DNA of 64,000 nt from Minisyncoccota bacterium. GTDB lineage: Bacteria; Patescibacteriota; Minisyncoccia; Phycocordibacterales; UBA9973. The notes under the pieces were generated by a model that had not been told where the DNA came from, made no database searches, and saw nothing but the letters and a program-made list of their open reading frames with translations. This document shows positions 55,782 to 64,000 of this stretch, in pieces (the first letter of the stretch is position 1; every line of letters begins with the position of its first letter). The position numbers and the translations under genes were made by a program. The stretch is taken from assembly GCA_041648595.1 (NCBI GenBank), contig JBAZOQ010000001.1:82242-146241 (forward strand), given 5' to 3'.

Positions 55782-57148
55782 AATCCTTCTTCTGTTAATC
55801 TTTCATCTATTCTATTCATATCTCGTGGAAACATTGAAGCTTCACGAATATTTTTTAATCCTAAAAGTTGCATAGTGATACGTTCAGCACCAAAAGAAAA
55901 TCCTCCTTCAGGTGGAACTCCATATTTAAAAGCTTCCAAAAACATTTTAATTTTATTAGGATCCATCCCCCAAATTTTTACATGTTCATTAAGTTGATCA
56001 TAATTGTTTATTCTGCGTCCACCTGAAAGCCATTCCACTCCACGACAAATAAGGTCTACCCCTTCATTATATTCAGGTTCCTCTGGATTGGGATAAACAT
56101 AAAAAGGTTTCTTGCGAGTAGGATATCCGTAAATAAAAACAAAATCAGACCCAGTCTCTTTTTTTACTATTTCACAAATTTCTCTTTCATCTTGTGGATT
56201 TGTATCTTTTTCTCCTCGAACATCACGATTATAAGTTTCAAAAATCTTTTGTTGAACTTCACTTAAAGAATATGTAGGAGTTTTTTCTATCATCACCGGT
56301 AAGGTGGTACCTAATATTTTTAAATGATCAACGTGTTTATTTTCTACTTGTTTTAAAATATATCTAAAAGTTTCTTCTGCCATATCACGAACATCTGTCC
56401 AAGAATCAATAAAACCCATCTCTGCATCCAAACAAACTATCTCTGTCAAATGTCTAGTAGTTGATGATGGTTCTGCACGAAAAACTTTATTTACAGAAAA
56501 ACACCTCTCAAATGCAGACATCACAATTTGTTTATAAAGTTGTGGTGATTGAGTTAAATATGCTTTTTTATCAAAATAATCAATTTTAAAAACTTCACTT
56601 CCTCCTTCTGCCACTGCTGGAGTAATGCTTGGAGCCTGAAATTCAAAAAACATATTTTTTTTCATAAATTCTCTAAAAGAATCAATTATTGTTTCTTGAA
56701 TTTTAAAAATTGCTTGTATTTTTGGTTGTCTTAAAACCAAAGCTCTATTATCAAGTTCTGCTGTTAACTCTAAATTATATCCATCAAGCGACATATCAAA
56801 AGGAAGAGTTGCAGCTTCTGCTAATACTTCAATACTAGTAACCTCAAGTTCAACATCACCATTTAACACATCTGTTTTTATATTTTTATCTGGGCGTTTA
56901 TTTACCATGCCTGTGATTTTCAAAACCCATTCTGGACGAATTTCTTTGGCAACATTTATGGCTTCTTCATGTGAAGGAAGAGCTACACACTGTACCAATC
57001 CAGTCATATCACGCATATCAAAAAAGACCATTTTCCCCTGGTCGCGCCTGATATTTACCCATCCGGTGATAATTACTTCTTTTCCAATATTATCTTTTAA
57101 ATCTTTAATATAAATTCTGTTTTTCATACTCCTATTATAATACCACAA
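55778..57148 (-). CDS. class IIb aspartyl/asparaginyl-tRNA synthetase (archaeal-type AspRS-like)
   Basis: An N-terminal OB anticodon-binding domain is followed by QSPQLYKQ, FRAEPSSTTRHLTEIVCLDAEMGF and a motif-3 GGFSFGAERI. Confidence 0.8.
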   Translation of the reverse strand: MWYYNRSMKNRIYIKDLKDNIGKEVIITGWVNIRRDQGKMVFFDMRDMTGLVQCVALPSHEEAINVAKEIRPEWVLKITGMVNKRPDKNIKTDVLNGDVELEVTSIEVLAEAATLPFDMSLDGYNLELTAELDNRALVLRQPKIQAIFKIQETIIDSFREFMKKNMFFEFQAPSITPAVAEGGSEVFKIDYFDKKAYLTQSPQLYKQIVMSAFERCFSVNKVFRAEPSSTTRHLTEIVCLDAEMGFIDSWTDVRDMAEETFRYILKQVENKHVDHLKILGTTLPVMIEKTPTYSLSEVQQKIFETYNRDVRGEKDTNPQDEREICEIVKKETGSDFVFIYGYPTRKKPFYVYPNPEEPEYNEGVDLICRGVEWLSGGRRINNYDQLNEHVKIWGMDPNKIKMFLEAFKYGVPPEGGFSFGAERITMQLLGLKNIREASMFPRDMNRIDERLTEEGF

Positions 57149-57173
57149 AAATTTTATTATAAAAATAAGAATA

Positions 57174-59402
57174 TCAAGACATGGGACGCTCTATGGTCTG
57201 ACTTTTTACTTTTATCAATTTCTGCTCAAGTAGGTTATAGAGCCAAGTTGTTTGTAAAAATTCACCCGTCCGGCAGTCAGATTGGTATTCGGCCTGAAAC
57301 TCTATTTCATCTACATTTTTCCAAATTAAACTTTTGATTGTTTGTGAGCCAAACTGATCATCTAAAAACCAATCGGGTTGTTGCTCAACAAAAGTAGTAG
57401 TATTAAAAATTTTTATATCCCCGTGGTTATTACAAAATCCACCAAAACTTTCAGACACAATCGCGATTCGCGTCAAGTCGGGAGCAATATCTAAGTCAGT
57501 TATTTCTCCAAAAATATCAGCAGAAATAAGTTTTAATTTATTTTTATCCGCATCAAATCGGTAAAAAACCCATGAGCAATTACTGGCCCCACAACCTTCA
57601 CTGTCCGTAGCACCAAAATAAAAAACATTTTCTGGATTCTCTAAAACTACCGGACTAATATGAGTGTAATTTGGCAAATCGGATGTTACTAAATCCGTTA
57701 TGCCTAAGTTTCTGTCAACATTTAATTGCTCCACATCCAAACTTCCAACAATTTTTTTCTTTGAATTAAGAAAATCGACTTGGTTATTTGTCTCGTTCAA
57801 AAATACATTGGGCACGAAGGAGTAATAGTCCCTCGAGTTATATTTATTGTCATCAAATGTTGAGAAAAAATTTGAAGTAAATTCGTGAAAGTTGATTTTT
57901 GGTTTGTAATTCATTAAAAAACCATAGTTTATAACAGTTGCGGTAGAATACTGATCCACAATTTTTGGAGATATGTGGCTAACCCATAACGATGAAGCAA
58001 AAAACAATATGACAATGGGTAAATAAATTATATGGTACCAATTCTTTTTTTCTAAATTCGCAAGAACATTTTTAATAAAACTTTTTGTCTCAGGGGAAAG
58101 TTTATTATAATCAAATGTTTTATTATTTATTTTCCTAATTGTGGTTGTCGGTCCATCATGCCAAGCTGTGAGTCTTTTTACTAATATATCTCCGCGACCA
58201 GTGATCCGCTTTTCTATATCTTTATAATTTTGGACTCCGCCAGCTACATTTTGATAAAAATCATAAGAGTCCTCAACTCCAAAGCGTTTTCTAGTATCTC
58301 CTGACAACTGAAATATTCCCATAGGACTGAGACCTGGTCCAGATTTAGCAAATGGTTTAAAGTGAGACTCTCGACTGGCTATGGCAAGCATTATATTTGC
58401 ATCAACATTATATTGATTACATTTTTCTTTTATTAAATCTATTATTTTTTCTCGCTCTTGACCCTCAATTTCTATATAAGAAGATAGAACATAACCTTTC
58501 GTACCACGAACAATTACCTCATGCCAAATTTCCGAAAGATTTTCAATATACTTTCCGAGTACACGCTCATTAATAATATTTACTTTTTCGCCATCTTTAA
58601 GCATTAACAAACTCTCGCTTTCATTGGTGTAATCTGATCTTAGGTTTACATCATCACGAATGATAATATCTTTATATAATTTTACAAAACCACTACTGTA
58701 AATTATATTTTCTAAGTTGATTTTTAATTTTATAGATTCTATTTCAGGTTTGCCTTGCCCATTTAATTCTAAAGAATGAAGTCCTCCATTCCAAATATCC
58801 GACATGGTGTATTCCTTACTGTTTCCCTTTAATTCCTGTCCGTACCAATACCATTTTTCAAATTTTTTATATTTTGGATTTTTTTCTGTTCTGCCGTCAA
58901 TTTTTATTTCTAATTTAGAATTAATTCCAACCCTGACTTTGATTCCAAGTTTTTTGATTTTTAAATTTTGGGAAATTATGTCTAAAAACTTACCAGGAGC
59001 AACAATATTATCTGCCATTAAATTTATTTCATTTTCTTCAATTTTATAAATTTTTATTTTCTCTAATGTCGGTTGACCATCAATCCAAAATTTTATTTGA
59101 TGAACATTAGCTTTGAGTGGTAAAATAAACAATACATTTTTTGTATTATTTTTAATTTTGTTCCCATTCCAAGAACCGGGACTAGTAAATTCCCTCTTTT
59201 TACCCTTGATTTCGGCAAATAAATAATCATCTATTTGTATTGCTAAATCGTCGTCGTTAAATAATCTCTTATAATTCTGAAGCCAATTTTTACATCTAGC
59301 TGATATTGATATTATATAAATTCCATTTTCAGGCACATCAAAACTCCAGATATACTGATTGTCCACTTGCATATCTATTTTTTCCTGTTTTATTAATTTC
59401 AT
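57174..59402 (-). CDS. large membrane-associated protein with a central lytic transglycosylase (SLT) domain
   Basis: ANIMLAIASRESHFKPFAKSGPGLSPMGIFQLSGDT matches the SLT catalytic region (ES, GLMQ-like). A TM helix lies mid-protein and a C-terminal beta-rich domain follows. Confidence 0.6.
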   Translation of the reverse strand: MKLIKQEKIDMQVDNQYIWSFDVPENGIYIISISARCKNWLQNYKRLFNDDDLAIQIDDYLFAEIKGKKREFTSPGSWNGNKIKNNTKNVLFILPLKANVHQIKFWIDGQPTLEKIKIYKIEENEINLMADNIVAPGKFLDIISQNLKIKKLGIKVRVGINSKLEIKIDGRTEKNPKYKKFEKWYWYGQELKGNSKEYTMSDIWNGGLHSLELNGQGKPEIESIKLKINLENIIYSSGFVKLYKDIIIRDDVNLRSDYTNESESLLMLKDGEKVNIINERVLGKYIENLSEIWHEVIVRGTKGYVLSSYIEIEGQEREKIIDLIKEKCNQYNVDANIMLAIASRESHFKPFAKSGPGLSPMGIFQLSGDTRKRFGVEDSYDFYQNVAGGVQNYKDIEKRITGRGDILVKRLTAWHDGPTTTIRKINNKTFDYNKLSPETKSFIKNVLANLEKKNWYHIIYLPIVILFFASSLWVSHISPKIVDQYSTATVINYGFLMNYKPKINFHEFTSNFFSTFDDNKYNSRDYYSFVPNVFLNETNNQVDFLNSKKKIVGSLDVEQLNVDRNLGITDLVTSDLPNYTHISPVVLENPENVFYFGATDSEGCGASNCSWVFYRFDADKNKLKLISADIFGEITDLDIAPDLTRIAIVSESFGGFCNNHGDIKIFNTTTFVEQQPDWFLDDQFGSQTIKSLIWKNVDEIEFQAEYQSDCRTGEFLQTTWLYNLLEQKLIKVKSQTIERPMS

Positions 59403-59496
59403 TGGTTGGATTATAACAAATAATTTAATCTAATTTCAAGTAAAATATTAAATTTTAAAATTAACCTAGTGCGTTGACATTTATATCACTAGAATT

Positions 59497-60447
59497 TTAA
59501 TAAACCTTAACCCCGATTTTTTCCCGCACTTCTTCCATTTTTTTCGAGGCTATTTTTTTTGTTTTTTCACTACCTGCTTTTAAAATTGCTAATGCTTTAG
59601 GAATATCTTTTTCAAATTCTTTTCTTTTTTCTCTAAGTGGTGCAATAAATTTTTCTATATCCTCTATAAGTAATTCTTTTAATTCTTTATACTTCCCTTC
59701 TTTTTCTTTATAAATCTTTTTTAAATCATCTTCGTTTCTAAAAAGTTTATGAATAGCATATACATTTTTAGGAATTCCTTCGCTAGAATCTGTAACTATA
59801 CTCATTACACTTTTTTTTATTTCTTCATATTCTGCAAAAAGTGGAATATGATTATTATAACTCTTAGACATCTTTCTTCCATCTATACCAGGAACAGTAG
59901 CAACTTCTTCTATTATTTTCGGTTCTGGTAATTTAAATGTTTCTCCAAAAATACGATTAAATTTTTCTGCAGTATCACGAGCGATCTCTACGTGTTGTTT
60001 CTGGTCAGAACCTATCGGTACGATATCAGGACTATAAAGTAAAATATCTGCAGCCATAAGCATAGGATAATTGAACGTCCCAACACATATTTCTTTATTT
60101 TTAGCTTCCGCATCTTTAAATGCATGAGCACGCATAAGGTATGGCATTGTTGTTAAAGTATCAAAAATCCAAGCGAGTTCTGTGTGTTCACTTATATCTG
60201 ATTGTTTAAATATTACTAATTTTTCTGGATCGAGCCCGATAGCTAAATAATCTAATAAAACCCCTATTATATTCTTCTGCATTTCTTCCCTATTTTGAAT
60301 AAAATTCAAAGCATGATAATCAGCAATAAAAACATAGCCATCATAATCCTTTTGTAAATCAACAAACTGTTTCATTGCACCAAAATAGTTACCTATATGA
60401 GGTGCTCCTGTTGGTTTTACACCTGATAATAATATCTTTTTTGACAT
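59497..60447 (-). CDS. trpS: tryptophanyl-tRNA synthetase
   Basis: SGVKPTGAPHIGNYFGA (HIGH) and KMSKS are present within 316 aa. Confidence 0.9.
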   Translation of the reverse strand: MSKKILLSGVKPTGAPHIGNYFGAMKQFVDLQKDYDGYVFIADYHALNFIQNREEMQKNIIGVLLDYLAIGLDPEKLVIFKQSDISEHTELAWIFDTLTTMPYLMRAHAFKDAEAKNKEICVGTFNYPMLMAADILLYSPDIVPIGSDQKQHVEIARDTAEKFNRIFGETFKLPEPKIIEEVATVPGIDGRKMSKSYNNHIPLFAEYEEIKKSVMSIVTDSSEGIPKNVYAIHKLFRNEDDLKKIYKEKEGKYKELKELLIEDIEKFIAPLREKRKEFEKDIPKALAILKAGSEKTKKIASKKMEEVREKIGVKVY

Positions 60448-60539
60448 ACTATAATATTATCATATTTGTCCCCATTTTAATAACATATTTAATAACTTTT
60501 TGATTTTGACTATTTTTTTACTATGCTAGAATAACTGGA

Positions 60540-61931
60540 ATGATAAAAACAAATAAAAACAACATACGAATCCCACCACAAAGTATTCCATCAGAACAAG
60601 CAGTATTGGGGTCTATAATGTTGCGTAAGGATGCCATACATGAAGTAGAAGATATTATAACTCCAGATTCTTTTTATGTTGAAAAACATAAAATAATTTT
60701 CAGAGCGATGCTAGATCTATCTTTTAAAAATGAACCAATAGATATGCTTTCACTTTCTACAAAATTAAGTGAGCAAAAAGTTTTAGAAAGAGTTGGTGGA
60801 AATCAATATTTAGCAGAAATAGTAAATGTAGTACCTTCTTCAACAAATGTTAAACATTATTCTGAAATTGTTCAAAAAAAATATGTCTTAAGAAGTTTGA
60901 TAGAAGCAGCTGATTATGTTTCAGAACTTGGTTTTGAAGAAGGAGATGATCACATGGATGACATATTAGATATGGCAGAGAAAAAAATATTTAGTGTAGT
61001 GTCGTCTCCAAAAAGTCAAAAATTTATAAATTTAAAAGATGCTCTACCTGAAGCATGGGAACGTCTTGAAAAATTACATGAACATAAAGGTGCACTCAGG
61101 GGTTTATCAACTGGATTTAAAGATTTAGATAATACACTCTCCGGTCTACAAAAATCAGATTTGATTATTATTGCTGCGAGACCTTCTATGGGAAAAACAA
61201 CGCTTGCTCTCGATATAGCTCGAATGGCTTCTGTCGTCCACGATAAATCTGTCTTAATTTTTTCTCTCGAAATGTCTTCCCAGCAATTAGTAGATAGAAT
61301 GCTTTCAGCACAATCGCGTGTAAATGCATGGAATTTACGTACTGGACATTTATCATCTGATAGAGATTTTTCCCAACTTCGTGATTCATTAGACAAACTC
61401 GCAAAAGCTAAAATTTATATTGATGATCAACCAGGCAACTCAATAGTCAGAATGAAAGCTCTTTCTCGAAGATTAAAAATAGAAAAAGGACTTGACCTTA
61501 TTGTAGTTGATTATTTACAACTTATGACTACTTCAAAAAATTATGATTCTATGGTAAATCAAGTGACAGAAATTTCAAGATCTTTAAAAAGCTTAGCTAA
61601 AGAGCTCGATGTGCCAGTATTAGCCTTATCTCAGCTTTCTCGTGCTGTAGAGAGCCGTGGTGGCAAGCCAAGACTCTCAGACCTTCGTGATTCAGGATCC
61701 ATAGAACAAGATGCAGATGTTGTAATGTTTATTCACAGAGAAGATAAAGGTAAAGATGAATCCGAAAAAACAAATATAGCTGAAATCTTAATCGAAAAAC
61801 ACAGAAATGGTCCAACTGGAAAAGTTGAACTTTACTTTGATGAAAAAACTACTACTTTCTTAAATCTTGAAAAAAGTAACCTAAGTGAATTTTCTGCGAC
61901 AAAAATAAGTGAGGATTTAGATGAGTTTTAA
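60540..61931 (+). CDS. dnaB: replicative DNA helicase
   Basis: A DnaB N-domain is followed by the RecA-like core (IIIAARPSMGKTTLALDIA, the H2 and H3 motifs, and the arginine finger). Confidence 0.9.
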   Translation: MIKTNKNNIRIPPQSIPSEQAVLGSIMLRKDAIHEVEDIITPDSFYVEKHKIIFRAMLDLSFKNEPIDMLSLSTKLSEQKVLERVGGNQYLAEIVNVVPSSTNVKHYSEIVQKKYVLRSLIEAADYVSELGFEEGDDHMDDILDMAEKKIFSVVSSPKSQKFINLKDALPEAWERLEKLHEHKGALRGLSTGFKDLDNTLSGLQKSDLIIIAARPSMGKTTLALDIARMASVVHDKSVLIFSLEMSSQQLVDRMLSAQSRVNAWNLRTGHLSSDRDFSQLRDSLDKLAKAKIYIDDQPGNSIVRMKALSRRLKIEKGLDLIVVDYLQLMTTSKNYDSMVNQVTEISRSLKSLAKELDVPVLALSQLSRAVESRGGKPRLSDLRDSGSIEQDADVVMFIHREDKGKDESEKTNIAEILIEKHRNGPTGKVELYFDEKTTTFLNLEKSNLSEFSATKISEDLDEF

Positions 61932-62028
61932 AATTTTACATAGTTCTTTTTAAAAGCCTTGGTAGGAGCGACGGCGACGGACAGAGAAAATTTTTAGCAA
62001 AAAATTTTTATGCTTTTTAAAAGAAGCT

Positions 62029-62697
62029 ATGAAAAATTTTAAAACTTATAATTTACAAAACATGAACACAATAGAAAAATTAACTGAAATATTCAAAGAA
62101 TTCCCTGGCATAGGAGAGCGACAAGCAAAACGTTTTGTTTATTTTTTAATGTCCAAAAATGGAGATTATGGAGATATTTTATCCAATTTAATAAAAGATT
62201 TAAAAAAAGAAATAGCTCAATGTACTGAATGTTTTAAATTTTTCCTTTTAGATTCAAATAAAAATAAATCGTGTGAACTTTGTATAGATCAAAATATTGA
62301 TTCTTCTACTTTAATGATCGTTGAAAAAGATTCTGACCTAGAAAGTATACATAAAAGTAAAGTTTATAATGGTAAATATTTTATTTTAGGAGGACTAGTC
62401 CCCATAGTTGAGAAAAATACAAATTCAAAAATAAGAATGAATGAATTAATAGAAAAAATTAAAAGAGAGAAAAAAAACCCGCCAAAGGACGGGCAAGTCT
62501 TAAAAGAAATTGTTTTAGCTTTTTCTCTTAATCCTCAAGGCAATCACACTGATTTTTATATTAGAAATCAATTAAAACCTGTCACCGAATCACTAAACAT
62601 AAAAATCTCATCTTTAGGTAGGGGTCTATCCACAGGCACAGAACTCGAGTATTCCGACAACGACACTCTTAAAAATGCTTTGAAAAATAGACAATAA
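62029..62697 (+). CDS. recR: recombination protein RecR
   Basis: An HhH N-terminus (FPGIGERQAKRFVYFL), a Cys4 zinc finger (CTECFKFF...CELC), a Toprim domain and a C-terminal extension are present. Confidence 0.8.
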   Translation: MKNFKTYNLQNMNTIEKLTEIFKEFPGIGERQAKRFVYFLMSKNGDYGDILSNLIKDLKKEIAQCTECFKFFLLDSNKNKSCELCIDQNIDSSTLMIVEKDSDLESIHKSKVYNGKYFILGGLVPIVEKNTNSKIRMNELIEKIKREKKNPPKDGQVLKEIVLAFSLNPQGNHTDFYIRNQLKPVTESLNIKISSLGRGLSTGTELEYSDNDTLKNALKNRQ

Positions 62698-62701
62698 AAA
62701 A

Positions 62702-62735
62702 GACCGTCACTAAATTACTAGCGACGGTTTTCTAT
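62702..62735 (+). terminator. weak hairpin terminator after recR
   Basis: The sequence accgtc actaaattactagc gacggt is followed by tttctattttt. Confidence 0.35.
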
Positions 62736-63104
62736 TTTTGCCAATTGATCCATAATATAGAAGATTTGTTAGCTTAAAAATAGAAGTTTCTACTTTTAGC
62801 AACAAATTTCCCTCTGCATCGAGAGAGTTCTAAGATCCAGTCTGAATAATCTCAATAATATTCAATACCTGTTATTCTAGAGTGTGAATCCATTATTTTT
62901 TTATATATTCCGGGCTCCCTCTCTCTTGACGTATACTGGGTATTTACTTCCCAATAGCCCTTTAAATGTATTTTTACGGGATCAAATTTAGCAATAAAAA
63001 GAACATATATGTTCTCCTTTTTTTATTACTATTGCACAAATGAGTGTTTCTCACAAAGAACAATAGTTTTAATAACTATAAAACTATTCAATTTTTTAGT
63101 CAAT

Positions 63105-63140
63105 CAATACTCAATTTCTGCTATCGCTAAGTTTGAGTAT
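63105..63140. repeat. 36-bp internally palindromic repeat R1 (caatactcaatttctgctatcgctaagtttgagtat); contains the TAG stop of gene 63127..63627
   Basis: It is 31/36 identical to R2 at 63603..63638. The outer arms atactcaa / ttgagtat are inverted. Confidence 0.8.
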
Positions 63141-63627
63141 TATATGATTTAGCTAATTTAAATGTTTTAATACATTCTTTTAGTTTAATTTCATTTATAT
63201 AATCTAAAAAATCTTTTGGAAGTGGAGATGGTCCAACCCAAACACTTTTTTGAATCATCTCATAACCAAATTCTCGTAAGTTAAAACGAAACCATTCTCT
63301 TTCTGCTTTTTTGGTTTCCGGTATATCAAACATAACAAGCAAATTTTTAGGTGCTTCTTTTTTATAAGGTGAATTAAATATTAAAAATCTAACTTTTTTA
63401 TTTTCAACATATTTTCTTCCACTAGGTAATAACAAAATACAATCATCTTGTTTTAAGATGTGACCATTCTTATTTAATTGATGAATCGTATTATTTATAG
63501 ATTGTTTTTTATAAGGGAAAATGGCTGGCAAGCCAAGCATACTAACCGGCATACCTCTATATCTAAATTTTGGTTCTAATAGAAATTTTAAAATTTTACT
63601 TTCAATACTCAATTTCTGCGATAGCAT
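63127..63627 (-). CDS. wHTH + Cas2/VapD-like endoribonuclease-fold protein (orphan; no cas1 or array seen in the window)
   Basis: The C-terminal NLLVMFDIPETKKAEREWFRFNLREFGYEMIQKSVWV closely parallels the Cas2 N-terminal beta1-alpha1-beta2 core (for example type II Cas2 [37 protein letters not shown]) and VapD. The N-terminal ~95 aa look like a winged helix. The ATG and stop fall at the equivalent position of the two flanking 36-bp repeats. Confidence 0.5.
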   Translation of the reverse strand: MLSQKLSIESKILKFLLEPKFRYRGMPVSMLGLPAIFPYKKQSINNTIHQLNKNGHILKQDDCILLLPSGRKYVENKKVRFLIFNSPYKKEAPKNLLVMFDIPETKKAEREWFRFNLREFGYEMIQKSVWVGPSPLPKDFLDYINEIKLKECIKTFKLAKSYNTQT

Positions 63628-63638
63628 AATTTGAGTAT
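63603..63638. repeat. 36-bp palindromic repeat R2 (caatactcaatttctgcgatagcataatttgagtat); contains the ATG start of gene 63127..63627
   Basis: See R1. The R1-R2 spacing is exactly 498 bp (166 codons). Confidence 0.8.
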
Positions 63639-63956
63639 AACATATTTATATAAGAAAATACTCTCAAAAATCGACAATAAAAAAACCAGCCAAAAATTTG
63701 ACTGGTTTAATATACTAATTTTACTAAACAAAACACAAATGGATCCTTGTTTGCTGCTTATTGCCAACATTGTAGACCAGGGGTATAACCGTGACCAACT
63801 GACACCTCTGTTTTCCCGCATTATTGCAGGCAGATTTTGTTTATAAGGCAAAATCCCTTGTCGACTACACATTGTCTCTTTACATCAAGAAATGGTTGGA
63901 TATAGTTAAAAAGATGCAGATTTACCTTTGAATCCGAACACTTGTAAAATAGAAAG

Positions 63957-64000
63957 ATGAATAAGTTTAATCATTTTAATTTAGGCGAAAGAAAAAGAAT
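63957..64000 (+). CDS. 5' end of an unidentified gene (MNKFNHFNLGERKR...), truncated by the window end
   Basis: An ATG at 63957 is followed by an open frame to the window edge. Confidence 0.3.
   Translation, partial: MNKFNHFNLGERKR

Noticed and set aside
59403-59496. TTGACA...TATAAT-like promoter motifs upstream of the lytic-transglycosylase gene and elsewhere.
   Set aside because: Such matches are abundant by chance at ~28% GC, and without transcript data they are not reportable as features.
62900-62930. A CCGGGCTCC patch resembles the RNase P RNA P4 region.
   Set aside because: The flanking bases do not match the conserved GGAAAGUCCGGGCUCCAUAGGGCA context on either strand, and no other RNase P helices could be traced.
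63105-63638. The two 36-bp palindromic repeats could be read as a CRISPR array.
   Set aside because: There are only two copies. They are separated by 462 bp of protein-coding sequence instead of 30-40 bp spacers, and no further repeats are found in the window.

Overview
The window is AT-rich (roughly 28-30% GC) and densely packed with compact housekeeping genes, consistent with a reduced genome of the CPR/Patescibacteria type. It uses the standard genetic code; TAA and TAG terminate most genes. The core content is: replication and recombination (priA, holB-like, dnaX, dnaB, topA, dprA, recR, parB, scpAB); translation (serS, gltX, trpS, Asp/Asn-tRNA synthetase, frr, miaA, dus, rsmI fragment, rplI, rpmA, rpmG, and tRNA-Trp, tRNA-Leu, tRNA-Gln); and a peptidoglycan and division cluster (murA, ddl, murG, ftsW/rodA, mraY, PBP2, DD-carboxypeptidase, M23 peptidase, mreB, FtsQ-like, ctpA). 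Around this core sit accessory and defence-like segments: a RhuM-Doc fusion, an AbiEi/AbiEii pair, an N6-adenine methyltransferase carrying an in-frame TAG, a SWIB-domain protein and an ArsR-family regulator. The most unusual signals are several families of short GC-rich palindromic or inverted-repeat elements that stand out against the AT-rich background. (1) Perfect GC-rich palindromes of 30-48 bp sit in-frame inside essential genes (priA x2, holB-like x2, topA, probably gltX and dus), reminiscent of Rickettsia palindromic elements. (2) A MITE-like element with CCCGTTAGAAG terminal inverted repeats occurs twice, each copy flanked by 5-bp direct repeats beginning with ATG, directly at gene start codons. 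(3) A ~100-bp GC-core element occurs three times; one copy supplies the last 14 codons and stop of scpA. (4) Several single genes are bracketed by direct repeats: the ddl 3' end is duplicated, a 24-bp repeat flanks a membrane-protein gene, and 36-bp palindromic repeats flank a wHTH + Cas2/VapD-like gene. That last gene has its start and stop codons inside the repeats, exactly 498 bp (166 codons) apart. (5) Three otherwise intact genes carry single in-frame nonsense codons, and one alpha/beta hydrolase is split by a frameshift, suggesting ongoing decay of accessory genes, or possibly sequencing errors. All coordinates not taken from the ORF track were indexed by hand and may be off by a few bases.
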